A stretch of DNA of 63,951 nucleotides, filler included, from Octopus bimaculoides (Eukaryota), in the NCBI RefSeq assembly GCF_001194135.2. It is 7 parts of 7 records of this genome, joined end to end, with 100 filler letters (N's around TTAATTAATTAA, not from the genome) between each part and the next. Parts side by side here need not be neighbours in the genome. Positions count along the whole stretch, not along the records: positions 11,863 to 31,800 come from NC_068993.1; 6 more parts are not named here. One strand, written 5' to 3'. Shown piece after piece: positions 12,143 to 24,676 of the stretch. A model generated the notes under the pieces. The model saw only the letters and a list, made by a program, of their open reading frames with translations, did no database searches and was not told the DNA's origin. How positions within the stretch are numbered: the stretch's first letter is position 1; each line of letters begins with the position of its first letter. The position numbers were made by a program, and so were the translations under genes.

Positions 12143-15100
12143 TCACAAACTCAGCTTTACAATATGTATAGATGACTCAATTAGCCACCACAGATGTACC
12201 CACTGGGGACCTGAGAATATACATATTGGCAGATTTAAATAAATAACGGTTATACTGTCACCATGGCTACAAAGGTTAGCTACAGCATTACAGATCAAGG
12301 CATTATGGATGGTAACTAATGATGAGCAATGCTGTAATAGCAAGGTTAAAGTAACTTTAACGGTATTAATGGCAGAGTCGACAATAGTGACAGAGACAAC
12401 AACCATTTCTACATCTGCCACAATACAGGGCTCAATACTAATAATTTTAAAGTAGTACAAATATGTCTTAAGAAACAAAAAGGAAAATTACAACAGTACA
12501 CCAAATCGTTTGTCCTATGGTTAATCTGGAAGCGCCCCCCTCCCCCAAAGAAAGCCAGCCTGGGGTCAAAAAGTCATTCACTGGTACAAACTCTTCTCTG
12601 AATACAAACCTGGATGGTCACTTGAATGGGAACTGCCCCAACTCAAACTTTCCAAGTCCACCACTACACACACCGCAGAAAGAAAAATGTGAGACGAAGA
12701 GTATACAGAAGTAATATACGCCTATTACTATGCATTAGGCAGGCTACCTGAAGAGAAACACACTGCATACCCTTATCAAATATGGAGAACATGAAATCAA
12801 GACAGCAGACTATATTTGGATGAAAACAAGTTAGCAAATGTTAGGAGGGATATTTTCAGAAATAAAAGGCTCACGGATAGTAAAATAACCACGATCAAGC
12901 AAGCAGCAGAAAATGACTTAAATATAAGACAGAAAGGAAATGAAGAACTAGACAAAGAGAGTAACTTTCCTTGAGTTTCAATTGAAAGACTACCATTGAC
13001 CAGAACATGCAAACATCTGGTGAAATAAATTGTAATGAACCTGATAAAGATAGCGAGGAAAGTGGCAAAGAAACAATATTTGAACATTATACACTTACTG
13101 CAGAACATGATAGAACTGAAGCAGAAAATCATGAATAAGCTTGCAGTTGTAAAACACACCAATATGCATGATAGAGAACCACTTCATAAGCTCTCAAATA
13201 CAATCCAAAATAGAAAACAAATTAAAATTGGAAACTATGTAACAAAGGAAATTATACAAGAACTAAAACCAGATCTCACTAAATTAAATGAAATTATTTA
13301 CACAGCTGCTAAGACAATTGAAACTAGTTGTATGCCTCTGAAAAAAAAAATACAAAAAAATACAAACCTGAGAAAAATTCCAAACTGAAAAAGTAAAATT
13401 GAAAAAGAGATTGAAATAATGAGAGGTGAAATATCAATATTGAATGAACTAATCTGTGGAAACGATGTAAAAACCAGAAAAGGAAGAAAGATAAAGAGAA
13501 AAAATAGATTCTCACCAAGAGAAGAATTACTTTCAGCGAAAGAAACACTGTGACAAAAAGTCCAAGCAAAAGCTCAAAAAATACGAAAATTTGAGAAGAG
13601 AAACAAATTTTACAAGCAAAATAAGCTGTTCACATCCAATGCGAAAACATTCTACAGAGAAATAGGGAAGGAGAAATAACCATTGAAGACCTCACCACCT
13701 GCCATGGAAGAAGTTGAAAACTTCTGGAAAAATATCTAGAGTGATGAAAACACTTACAATGAAAATGCAAACTGGATTAGATGCGCAGAAGGATCCTCTC
13801 AAAACTTACCAGAACAAGCATGGGAAGTCATCACAATAGCAAATCTAAGGATGACACTGATGAAGGCTCATAAGTGGAAATCCCCTAGTAATAACAGGGT
13901 GCCAAATTTCTGGCTTGCCTCGCTCCCATGTGCACATGAAAAGTTAGTCCAGTTATTCAATGAAATTATGAGAGATCCTACGAAAACAGATTGGTTAGCA
14001 AGAGGTATTACTTACCTACTCCCAAAGAATAATGTAACCAAATTTCCCCAAAACTATAGAGCCATAACATGTTTATCTACCATGTATAAAATTTTAACAT
14101 CCATTTTCATGGAGAAAACATACAAATTTATGGAACAGAACAATATTTTCCCCACTGAACAAAAAGTATGTTGATGAAGCTCATATGGATGTAAAGACCA
14201 ACTCTTAATCAATCACGTGATCCTTGAGAACTGTCATAACAAACACAGAAATCTCAGTTCTTCATGGATTGATTATAATAAGGCCTTTGACAGCATACCG
14301 CATCCATGGATCTTGAAATCACTGGATATCTTCAAAATTTCTCCTTTGATTTCAAACTTCCTGAAGCACATGTCAATGTGCAATATGAACCTCTAATTAT
14401 ACCACTCTAATGGAGTAGTGACCACAAAAAATATTAATATTAAATACAGCATCTTCCAAAGTGACTCACTTTCACCTTTAATTTTCTGCACAGCTCTAAT
14501 ACCCCTTGCAAGTGAACTTAACAGTATAGGGTATGGATATAAAATAAGTCATCTATTTTAAATGGATGACTTAAAACTCTATGGCAAAGATGATAAAGTT
14601 GAAGGACTACTACATACTGTGAAAGCATTCAGTGATGACTTCAGGATGGAATTTGGTATTGATAAATGTGCCAAGGCCACTTTCTAGAAAGGGAAATTGA
14701 AGACCTCACATTCATTGGTGTGGGATGTTGACACAGATATAAAAGAACTTGAGCAGGAACAAACTTGCACATACCCCAGAATAAATGAGGGCTCTGGCAT
14801 TCAGCATGCAAGTATGAAAGAGAAGATCAGGAAGGAGTGTTACAGGAGAGTTCGAGCAGTCCTAATAATCCAAGTTAAATGCATGTAACAAGGTGTCAGC
14901 TATAAATTCTTCAGCAGTTCCGGTTGTTATTTACAGTTTCAAAGTGTTGAACTGGAATATGAGCAAAATAAAGAAGACTGACCGGAAAATCTGTAAGCTT
15001 GCAATAAGATGTACCACCCAAAGGCAGACACAGATTGTCTTTACCTACCCAGAGCTCAAGGAGGTCAAGGCTTGATCCAATTTGAAATCTCCTACAAAAC

Positions 15101-16304
15101 CACAACAATTGGACTGGCAAAATATCTTGAAACGTCTCATGACTGGATACTAAAGCTCATTGAAAACCATGAAAGATGCAAGAAACTTCGTCCTGTTATG
15201 AAGGAGAGCAAAAAATTTTCAAGTGAGTTTATGCATAATACCCAGGTTGAACAGCATGATGGAAGTGTGGCAACTGTAGTTGAAAAGAAGGTGAAATCAA
15301 TAGCAAAGCAAAATGCATTTGAACAATTGGTTGATAGGTGGGAACAAAAACCTCTGCCTCACAAATATGTGTCCCGTAGCAAACAAGCTGATGTAGACCA
15401 GAAGCACACCTGTCAGTGGCTATAGAGATCAGGGATAAAGGTAGGGAGTAAAGGCTTTATCTTGGCTGCCCAAGATCAGAGCTTATTGACCCAGAACTAT
15501 CAAGCCAATGTAATGGAAAATGATGTAGACCCAAAGTGCCAATACTGCAATGATGGGATAAAAACAGTGGACCACCTAAGGATGTAAGGTTTTAGTACCT
15601 GTAGAGTACAAATCAAGACATAACAGAGCTGGCCAATATCTACTTTGGATAATGTGTTGGAATTATAAAATCAAAACTGCTGACAAATGGTACAAGCACC
15701 ACCCTGAGGCTGTAACTGAGGGAGAAAATGTAACGATTCTTTGAGACTTCCCACTATGTACAGACCAGACCATCAAAGCAAATAAACCAGATATTGTTGT
15801 GAAAGACCAAAACAATCAAGTCTGTTTATTGATTGACATGAGCATACCTTGTGACTATAATATCTTGGTAAAAGAATTTGATAAGCTCAGAAAATATAAA
15901 TATTTGCTAATCGAAATCAAAAAGATGTGGCACATCAAGATGGTTACAATACCAGTGATTGTAAGAGCACTTGGAATGATCAAAAAAGAGAACTGAAAAT
16001 TATTTAAGAATGACCCCTGGGTTACCATCCATGCAGAAAGTGCAAAAGATTGTCTTAGCTGGCACATCACACGTATTGAGAAGAGCATTGTTGCTGTAAA
16101 TTTTCTTTCCTTTTCCCCCTTTTATTTTGTTTACTTTTTTATTTTTTCCTTTTTCTCTATCACATAACTTTGTAAATGAACAATCTGGTGTGTTTATTTT
16201 AATGGCCTACCAATGTATACAGTACATTTCTCTGCCCTATGTGTCAGGAAGACGCTCAACAAGAAATGGAAACAGAATTGAAAGAAGATGCTAATAATAA
16301 TAAT
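12143..16304 (+). mobile_element. Near full-length degenerate RLE-type non-LTR retrotransposon (R4/Dong-like)
   Basis: RT (NYRAITCLSTMYKILT, IFQSDSLSPL, MDDLKLY), remnant of the CCHC region, and restriction-like endonuclease KPDIVVKDQNNQVCLLIDMSIP...K..KY. Ends in (TAA)n. Numerous in-frame stops. Confidence 0.82.
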
Positions 16305-16647
16305 AAAATACAATGACCTGGAAATAGAGGTAACTCAAAATACAAAGACCTGGAAATAGAGGTAACTTGAATGTAGAATCTAAAAACAGAAACAATTCCT
16401 ATCATAGTAGGTGCCTTAGGTATAATAAAAAAATATCCAGACAAATACATAACAAAAACACCAGGACTTACAAATATATATAACATACAGAAAATTGCAC
16501 TACTGGGCACTGCACACATCTTACGCAAAACACTTTCAATACAGTAACCATAAGAACACCACAGCAAACCACAGCACATACCCAAGGCGCACAGAGCTGC
16601 GCTCGGTAGTGAAGTGAAAGCACGTTATAAAAATAAAACTACTGAAC

Positions 16648-16688
<41 letters not shown>
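16305..16688 (+). mobile_element. 5'-truncated R4/Dong-like element of a second subfamily with (TAA)n tail
   Basis: Encodes KYKDLEIEVT*M*NLKTETIPIIVGALGIIKK...IQKIALLGTAHILRKTLSIQ (RLE C-terminus), followed by 3'UTR and (aat)n. Confidence 0.8.
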
Positions 16689-17217
16689 TGGGAATGATGA
16701 TAATGAGAAGGAGGAGAAAGAAATATATCTGGAAAGATTTACAGGCAGTTACTTGAGGACAGACTGACACACCCTAACTTAGACATCTAGGACCAGGCAC
16801 TGGAAGAGTAGGGGAGGAAATCATTAAACAGGAATGATTTAAAAATTTTAACATTCCACCATCAAGCTAACCCTAATCATACAGATCAGACCAATGATCA
16901 AAAGGGTTCCAACCTTAACCATCCATTTTTATATCGCAAACAACATTTTCAATATTTCGTTTGCTTTCAAAAGATAGGTGATTTGGGGGTAATGGCTGCA
17001 GTGGTCAATGCTGTCATGGTCATTGTAGTTATAGTGATGTTAGCAATATTGATAGCAAGGTTGATGATGATGATACCTCACTTGCTATACTGTTACAATC
17101 ATCTTACAACCAACCAACGGTTATCAGCCTATGAAATGTTGTTCTATTTATTACAAGACTGAATATAATATTTACTAACATACCCATGTTGTCAAAACTG
17201 CAGTGTTTTATTAATGA

Positions 17218-17840
17218 CTAGCAGAAACACCCGGCGTTGCCTGGGTTAAAGAGAATAATGAAATCTAAAAACGCCGTCTAGACTACGATACCATATTTCT
17301 ACATTAATAACTCTCCAATCCATGCCAGCATGGAACATAGATATTAAGTGGAATGCTAGAAGAAAGTTTTCAACTCATATGTATATAAAGTAAATACACG
17401 TAATTCAGAAACACGTTTTGTGTATTTTATTTCATAACCAAACAAACATATACAGATTATAAATAATGAAAGGCCAAATTTGGTGATTCATTTGACAGAG
17501 GTAGTAGAGAGACAATGCGATGATAAATCTGAGGTTGGATCTTGAAAGTTTGGATGAATGCTGCCTCAGTTAAATCTCTTGTGGTTCCAAATGATGTCAT
17601 CTGTAGTACAGCGTCGTATTGTCTAATTTTGTTTTGCAAATGTTAGGAATCTTGGTCAGTTGATGATAACAGTTTCTTCAATAGCTCTGGAGGTTGGGGA
17701 TTGTGGAATTGTTGGGAATATTTTTAACTTTGGTGTTATATGTATTGCTTGAAATATATGTATTTTCACTGGGTTTGTAAAAGAGAGTTATGTAGCTCTC
17801 GAGTTTTAGGGATTCACACAGACAGACAGACACACATTCT
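17218..17840 (-). mobile_element. Non-autonomous Helitron
   Basis: 3' CTAG|T at 17218 with a cccaggcaacgccggg hairpin. Helitron N-terminal-like peptide IRQYDAVLQMTSFG...FKIQPQIYHRIVSLLP. The 5' region matches the Helitron start at 63642. Confidence 0.75.
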
Positions 17841-17940
17841 NNNNNNNNNNNNNNNNNNNNNNNNNNNNNNNNNNNNNNNNNNNNNNNNNNNNNNNNNNNN
17901 NNNNNNNNNNNNNNNNNNNNNNNNNNNNNNNNNNNNNNNN

Positions 17941-20217
17941 TCATTAAATCTATGCAATATCACCGCTCCTATGCCATATTCACTGGCATCTGATTCCACA
18001 ATTATTTTCAGATTTGGGTCGAAATGAGTTAATGATAACTCTGATGTTAACCATTTTTTTTAGTTCCTCGAATGATTTCTGACATTCATTTGTCCAGCTC
18101 CATTTCTAGTCCTTCTTTAGCAACTTATTCAACGGAGCTCTTAGCTCATACATTTTAGGTCTGGTAATAATTTACCAAACCTAAAAATGCTTGTAGTGTT
18201 GTTTTGTTAGTGGGAGCAGGTATGTTTTTTATCGCGTCAATCCTAGAAGGGTCCGGTTTTCGTCCGTTTTCATTGATCACCTGTCCTAAGTAGTTTATTT
18301 CTGTGAAGAAAAATTCACATTTATCCTCCCTTACCTTAAACCTGTAATCACATATTCGTTTGAAAACCTTTTTTATATGTTCAATATGTTGGTCCCTTGA
18401 TTCATTTTTGATCAATATGTCATCTAAATATGGGACCGCGAACTCACAATCTGCTAGCATAGTATCTATTACTTGCTGAAATATTGCTGGTGCAACCTTT
18501 ACCCCAAATGGCAGTCTTTTGAAACGGTACAGACCTTTATGAGTATTGATTGTTAATACTTTAGCACATTCTTCATCTACCAGTAATTAGAGGTAGGTCT
18601 CTGACAAATCCAGCTTGGAAAAAATTTTCCCACCATTGCACTTATCAACTGTTCTTCTTTCTTATATATACTGTAGAAGCTGCCCACTCAGAGTAGTCTA
18701 CTTTTTCAATTACTTCCATGTCTTCCAATCTTTTAAATTCCTTCTCAACTTGATTTAACGCCACAAAAGGTACATTCCTTTTCGGTTTGAACACAGGCAC
18801 TGCATTTTCTTTCAACTCAAACTTTACTTTAATTTTTTTACACATACTGAGCTCTTTCGTAAAAATATCAGGGTACATCTTTTTCAATTTTAATTTCACT
18901 TTTTCCGATGCTTTCTCTGACACGGACTGTGACGCATTCACCTTGTTACATAATGTATTCAGTGATAGATCTCATAGGTCAAATCCTTCCATTAAATCTG
19001 TCCCGAACAGATTCATTGTATTCTTAGATACCATTAGTTTACATTTCCACGTCCTGATTTTAAGTTTTATTTCTGGTGAAATTTTGCCCTAGAATTGAAC
19101 TCATTCCCCTGACACACCATGGGCTGTCCTAGTAGTTTTTTTATACAACAGCCTGCCTATCTTACTCCATGTACTTATTATTGATACGTCTGAACCGGTA
19201 TCTAATTGCATTTTGGTCTGAAACCCATTTATTTCTACCAACACAATTTTCGGTTTTGTCTGGTATAATTTACTTTTGTTGAGTAGACTTTCTTTGGTTT
19301 TACAATTTTCTTCAAATGGCATTTCATCTGTATATGCCCAATTTTACCACACTTAAAACATGTTTTATCTTTAAAGGGGCAATCTTTCCACAAATGTTGG
19401 TCTCCGCAACTACAGCACTGTTTTGAATTGATATATTTTCTTCTGTCTGTACTTTCTTTACACATTTGTACATTCTTATTATTGTCTTCTATTTTTCTTG
19501 TATCATCTCAAAGGTTGATTATTTGTTAGCATTCCTCAGACACTTTCTACAAGGTTAGTTTCACATCTTGATTCAGCTTTGATAATATTCTTTTTCTAAT
19601 TTCCGTGTCTTCTGTTGTCACTAGTCCTTTAACGAATATTAGGCACTTGAACATAGTGTTAATTCTTCCAGCTTAAACCTTTCGCAAGCCTTGTTAACCA
19701 CACCGGCTTATATTACAAAATCGTCAGACTCGTTTTTCTTTAAATTTAAACATTCCCATNNNNNNNNNNTTCACTAGACCATCCCTTGCATTCCCCTCGG
19801 AATATGTCTTCGTATCGTCTGTAATATGCAGCAAAAGTAGTTCCTTTATCCGGATTGTAGTGAAATTCTTTGATGGAATTTGCAACATCATCTGCTGAAA
19901 ATGATTCTGTACTATTTCTCGCCTGCAGTAACAATTCTCTTAACTTCTGTAGTTGCTGCTGCTCTTGTTGTTTTACAACTGCTTTCAGTAACTCTTCCAT
20001 TTCGGTACTATTCAAAAGTGGCTGTGTGAGCTACAAAATCCTCATCACCACTGTTTTATCACAATACTACACAGTGGCTGTGTGATCTACGAAATCCTTG
20101 TCACCACTGTTATATCGCACGTCCAGATGACCTCTAGTCAACTACCTCGACATTTAGACTTCTCCCTCTATATCTATGTATTGGGCTAGCCTACTTCATC
20201 GTGTGGGGGCGTCAACA
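17941..20217 (-). mobile_element. Gypsy/Ty3 LTR retrotransposon 5' half (LTR, PBS, gag, PR, RT, RNaseH start), degenerate
   Basis: Gag zinc knuckles (CCSCGDQHLWKDC, CFKCGKIGHIQMKC), protease LDTGSDVSII, RT PYLDDILI, RNase[15 protein letters not shown]. Putative LTR TGTTGA...ATAACA at 20217-20108, followed by a GTGGTGAC PBS-like motif. Confidence 0.88.
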
Positions 20218-20724
20218 CAACAAAGACACTTGCTTGAGATGCTACATAATGGGAATGAACCCAAGACCTTATGGTTGGGAAGTAAGCAACTAAACCATAC
20301 AGCCACACACCCCACACTGTGCCTACACACTCAGGTCACATCAGATATGGCTAGGGTATTAATTGCATCAATCCTATTTCATAGCTTGTGTTCTAGCATA
20401 GAATAACATTCTTTCTGCATTTTTTCTAGGATAAAATAACATCCTTTCTGTATTTTTCCATGCATTTGTGAATGCTAGAGGCCATCCTCTTCACATACAC
20501 CTAAATATTTGTTTTGTTTTGTTTTCAAGATTTAATTCTTTGATGATGATAAACTTGTCTATCTGTGTGTTGTGTTGTACATTTTCAAGTGTTTCCCTTG
20601 AAGAATGTTGTTTTAATGCATTCATCAAGGCCAATCTCCTTTTCAGTATTTACAATAAATTGTTTTATTGTTACTGTTGTTATTGTTGTTATTCTTATTC
20701 TTCTTCTTATTATTATTATGACAG

Positions 20725-20913
20725 ATGACAGCAAGCAATCTAGCAGTGTGTTTTGCCCCTTCTCTGTTCAATGTAATCAGTCTGAAGAGTTCTAACAGTC
20801 CAAGCTTGTTGAGAAACAAGAAACAAACAGGTGTTCCTGATTCCAAAGAAGTGCTGGAACCTGCCCATGAATGTCTTGTCTTCATGATTGACAACTCAAA
20901 ATCCCTTTTCTCT
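20725..20913 (+). CDS. RhoGAP C-terminal exon of DLC1/STARD13/crossveinless-c type (isolated)
   Basis: gacag|ATG...TCT|gtgagt, 189 nt, phase 0/0. Translates MTASNLAVCFAPSLFNVISLKSSNSPSLLRNKKQTGVPDSKEVLEPAHECLVFMIDNSKSLFS. The boundaries correspond, from memory, to the DLC1 exon MTPTNLAVCLAPSLF...GKPDQKDL...KKLFQ. Confidence 0.75.
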
Positions 20914-20924
20914 GTGAGTACTAA

Positions 20925-22120
20925 TCTGTCAAAAGTTGATTTTTTAGATGTTTCTCTAGACCTAAACTTTTCCTCTTATAAACCTTATCTGATGAGAAAC
21001 TTTCCTATGTACACAGTCTGGTCATGCACCCCACCCCATAAAAACCTGAGAGCCAAAATAAGTAACTGAATATCTCTTCCTCCAAAGAAGTTTTCAAGAA
21101 GGCAGCCCCCTACTACAACAATGCTGTAGCCAGTTGTGGCTTTACTGATGAATCTATTTACAACCCCTCTAGTAATAATAAGAATAACAAAAAAAAAAAT
21201 GACCTCAAAATAGATGTAGAGAATAATTTGGGTCACACCCCCACTTTCCCTCAATGTCAAAACCAACATAGGTAAAAAAATTTTGTCTCTCTTAGACAAA
21301 CACTTTCCAATAAAACACAGGTACAGAAAAATATTCAATAGGCACTCAGTTAAATTATCCTATAGTTGCTGCCCCAATATGAAGAGTATCATTACATGCA
21401 AACATGACCAACAGCCTACTCCCTATTATAACTGTTGAGACTCAGGAACCTGTCCACTTGACAAGGGGTAGATAGTTCAATCCATCATATATGAGGCAGA
21501 AATTACAGCAATGCTAGATGATAACAAAACCGAAAAGAAGAGCTACATTAGACTATTTGAAGGCAACTTGAAAAATCACTATGCTAATCACATATCTTCC
21601 TTCTGGTGCAGGGACAAAAGTAAAGTCTGGTATGGGGTTTGAAGGTGGACACCACACCACATACAACCAAGTGGAAAATACTTGAAAAGTCCACACCATA
21701 TGTCAGTGGATCAAAAAAATGTAAACTATGCATAACTGAAAGATCACAGATCCTTTTCCAGATCTAAGAACTCCGCCACACTGCTGAATTCCATATCTGA
21801 AATTTTCTGTGGATGTAAATATATGGGCAAATTCCTGTTGGCAAATTGGAAAATAGCACCCTCTCCAAATTGAGCAGCTGTACTGCAGACTCTAAGCCCC
21901 TATCTATTCAATCTTATGGCTTTACAGTCAAAGGAGACATAATTCTAATTACCCCCATTCTTTTTTCTTTTTCGTTTTCCAATGTTTTCAACCTTCCACC
22001 TTTTACATCTATTTCTCGCCTTTTCTCATATTTTCTCCTATTTTGTCATCCTGTTTTACCTTATTACACCATGTGGGCAGAGCCTGAGGATTGTGTGAAG
22101 GTACTAGACATGTTATAAAA
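20925..22120 (+). mobile_element. 5'-truncated Penelope-like element (RT C-terminus + GIY-YIG)
   Basis: KVDFLDVSLDL..SYKPY, IIWVTPPLSLNVKTNIGKKILSLLDKHFP, VKLSYSCCPNM, SIIYEAEI...KKSYIRLFEG. Frameshifted. Confidence 0.8.
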
Positions 22121-22524
22121 TGCTGAGTTGTTTTCATCAGAGGAAACTATTTGTAGCTCATAAAAATATATGCTATGTTTTTTAAATAATATTTATTTCT
22201 CACCATCTGGAGTACATTTTTGCTGATCTTAACATCACAGAACAGTACGTTATATTCACTGTTTCAAATTATTAATGACGTACCATTTTTTTTTTTTTTA
22301 AACTACTAATTGGAATTCAACAAAATTTTCAGAGAATGACAGTAACAGTTGTATGTGTATGGCGTGTAAAAAATGTGAGGTTTTGTAAAACAACACAGAA
22401 ACTACAGGCATATTTACCAAATTAATGTAATCTTTCACTGTTTCAAATTATTAGTGGGATGTAATTAAAACTCATGTAAACAAGAAAATACCAATTTAAT
22501 TATTTGAAGTGAGATCTAAATCTA

Positions 22525-23390
22525 AGGCCTCAACCAGTCCACTTAGGCGTACCTTCCTTCATTGGACACTGGACTCCACTTGCGAAGACCTGTTGAGGCA
22601 AGTGAAATCGAAATCGAGTTAAATTGGACACTAAACTCCACTTGCGAAGACCTGTTGAGGCAAGTGAAATCAAAATCGAGTTAAATTGGACATGAAACTC
22701 AGCTTGCGAAGACTTATTGGGGCAAGCGAAAGCGAATTTGTGATGGCACCTGTGCCCAGCATCGCCTTTCTGGCACTTGTGCCCGCGGCATGTCTAAGGA
22801 TTTTCGAGTGAGATCGTTGCCAGTGCCCCTGGACTGGCTCTTGTGCNNNNNNNNNNNNNNNNNNNNNNNNNNNNNNNNNNNNNNNNNNNNNNNNNNNNNN
22901 NNNNNNNNNNNNNNNNNNNNACTCCACTTGCGAAGACCTGTTGAGGCAAGTGAAATCAAAATCGAGTTAAATTGGACATGAAACTCAGCTTGCGAAGACT
23001 TATTGGGGCAAGCGAAAGCGAATTTGTGATGGCACCTGTGCCCAGCATCGCCTTTCTGGCACTTGTGCCCGCGGCATGTCTAAGGATTTTCGAGTGAGAT
23101 CGTTGCCAGTGCCCCTGGACTGGCTCTTGTGCAGGTGGCACATAAAATACACCATCTTGAGCATGGCCATTGCCAGTACCGCCTGACTGGCCTTCGTGCG
23201 GGTGACACGCAAAAGCACCCACTACACTCTCTGAGTGGTTGGCGTTAGGAAGGGCATCCAGCCGTAGAAACTCTGCCAAATCAGATTGGAGCCTGGTGTA
23301 GCCATCTGGTTTCACCAGTCCTCAGTCAAATCGTCCAACCCATGCTAGCATGGAAAACGGACGTTAAACGACGATGACGATGATGATGAT
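22525..23390 (+). mobile_element. Retroposon with RTE-type 3' end inserted in the DD37E element
   Basis: Ends cagtcctcagtcaaatcgtccaacccatgctagcatggaaaacggacgttaaacgacgatgacgatgatgat. The 5' part has tandem ccacttgcgaagacctgttgaggcaagtg units. Partly duplicated across the gap at 22847-22920. Confidence 0.7.
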
Positions 23391-24464
23391 ATATGTACTG
23401 AAATGAACACATACAGTCATAAACATGGAAGAAATAGTAATAAACAAATAAACAGCATTCAAAAATGAAAGGTGAGCTGGTTAATATGAGATACATAAGC
23501 CTTTGTTTGAAATGAGTTGGAAAAGGCACTGCTCTATGGAACATGCTAGTTTCTGGATCTCCTTTGATGTTATGCCACGAGATACATCCATTATTACCTG
23601 CCACAGTTCATTCTTGTTTCTAAATTGACATCCATTCTCATAAACTCATCACTTTAGAATACTCCACAAGTTTTCTATCGGGTTTAAGTCGGGGGAACAG
23701 GCAGGCCACTTCTTCTTTTGAGGTCAACAGAAGCCTAATTGTTACAAATACTTTGTAGTTTTCTTTGCTAAGTGCGAGGGTGCATTATCTTGCATGAATA
23801 TTATGGTTGTCTTGGAGATCCTTTGCTTTTTTAACCAAGGTTCAAGAGACTCCCTCAGAAACGTTATGTAAGCATCCACAGTCATTTTAACACCACCAGG
23901 CACTTTACGAAGACCAACCATAATACCTCCAATAATACCTTCCCAAACCATGATGACTCCTCCCCCTTATTGGTGTCTCAAGCATTGATGATGATCTCAT
24001 CCATGTACAACCCATCCCTTGCTCCATCAGGTCCATCAAGGTACCATGAGTTTCGTTTGTAAACAAAACTTTTGAAAAGTCGACCTTCATGTTATCTCCT
24101 GCCCATTTCAGATGATTTTATATGTGTATTTTGTTTAAAGGAGGCCTTTTAACTAATGTCATTGGTTTACCAACCTTTTTCAGTAGATGACATCATTTAG
24201 TTCTGGGCACAGTTGTTTCAACAATGCACTTGAAAAGTTCTCCACCTGCAAGACCTAGGTTCTTTACAGCTTCACGCTTAATTTGTGATAGAAATGTTGA
24301 GAAACAGCCCTCAATTCACTCCTGTTGGCTCTCTTACGTATCTTGTAGGAGCTGTAATAGTTGGGTTTTTTTTACAGTTTGGTGATATCTTCCAATTATT
24401 TTAGATATTTCTAATGTTGATTTACCTTTTGCAAGTTCAGAAGTAATAACAGATTTCTCTAAGG

Positions 24465-24676
24465 CAGCGAGCCGGCAGAATTGTTAGCATGCTGGGTGAA
24501 ATGCCTAGCAGTATTTCATCTGTCTTTACATTCTGAGTTCATATTCCACCTATGTCAGCTTTGCCTTTCATCCTTTTGGGGTCGATAAATTAAGTGCCAG
24601 TTGCATACTGGTGTCGATCTAATCAACTGGCCTCCTCCCACAAGATTTCAGGCTTTGTGCCTAGAGTAGAAAAGAA
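24465..24676 (+). mobile_element. Deu/Nin-like SINE inserted in the DD37E element
   Basis: Full family sequence, flanked by aataacagattt(c/t) duplicated on both sides (TSD-like). Confidence 0.75.

Noticed and set aside
16975-17160. Open frames considered as the missing BRCA1 BRCT2 exons (also 31668-31700 and 41887-41945)
   Set aside because: No W-x-x-D-S motif or convincing similarity; stops occur in the required phase.
20643-20894. Minus-strand ORF MSIMKTRHSW...
   Set aside because: Antisense shadow of the RhoGAP exon plus microsatellite.
22560-22740. Tandem ~55-bp repeats superficially like a CRISPR array
   Set aside because: Spacers are not unique, units are part of a retroposon 5' region, the context is eukaryotic and there are no cas genes.
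22670-23130. Identical ~200-bp direct repeat on both sides of the gap at 22847-22920
   Set aside because: Typical unmerged contig overlap; the same pattern occurs at 51764-51865.
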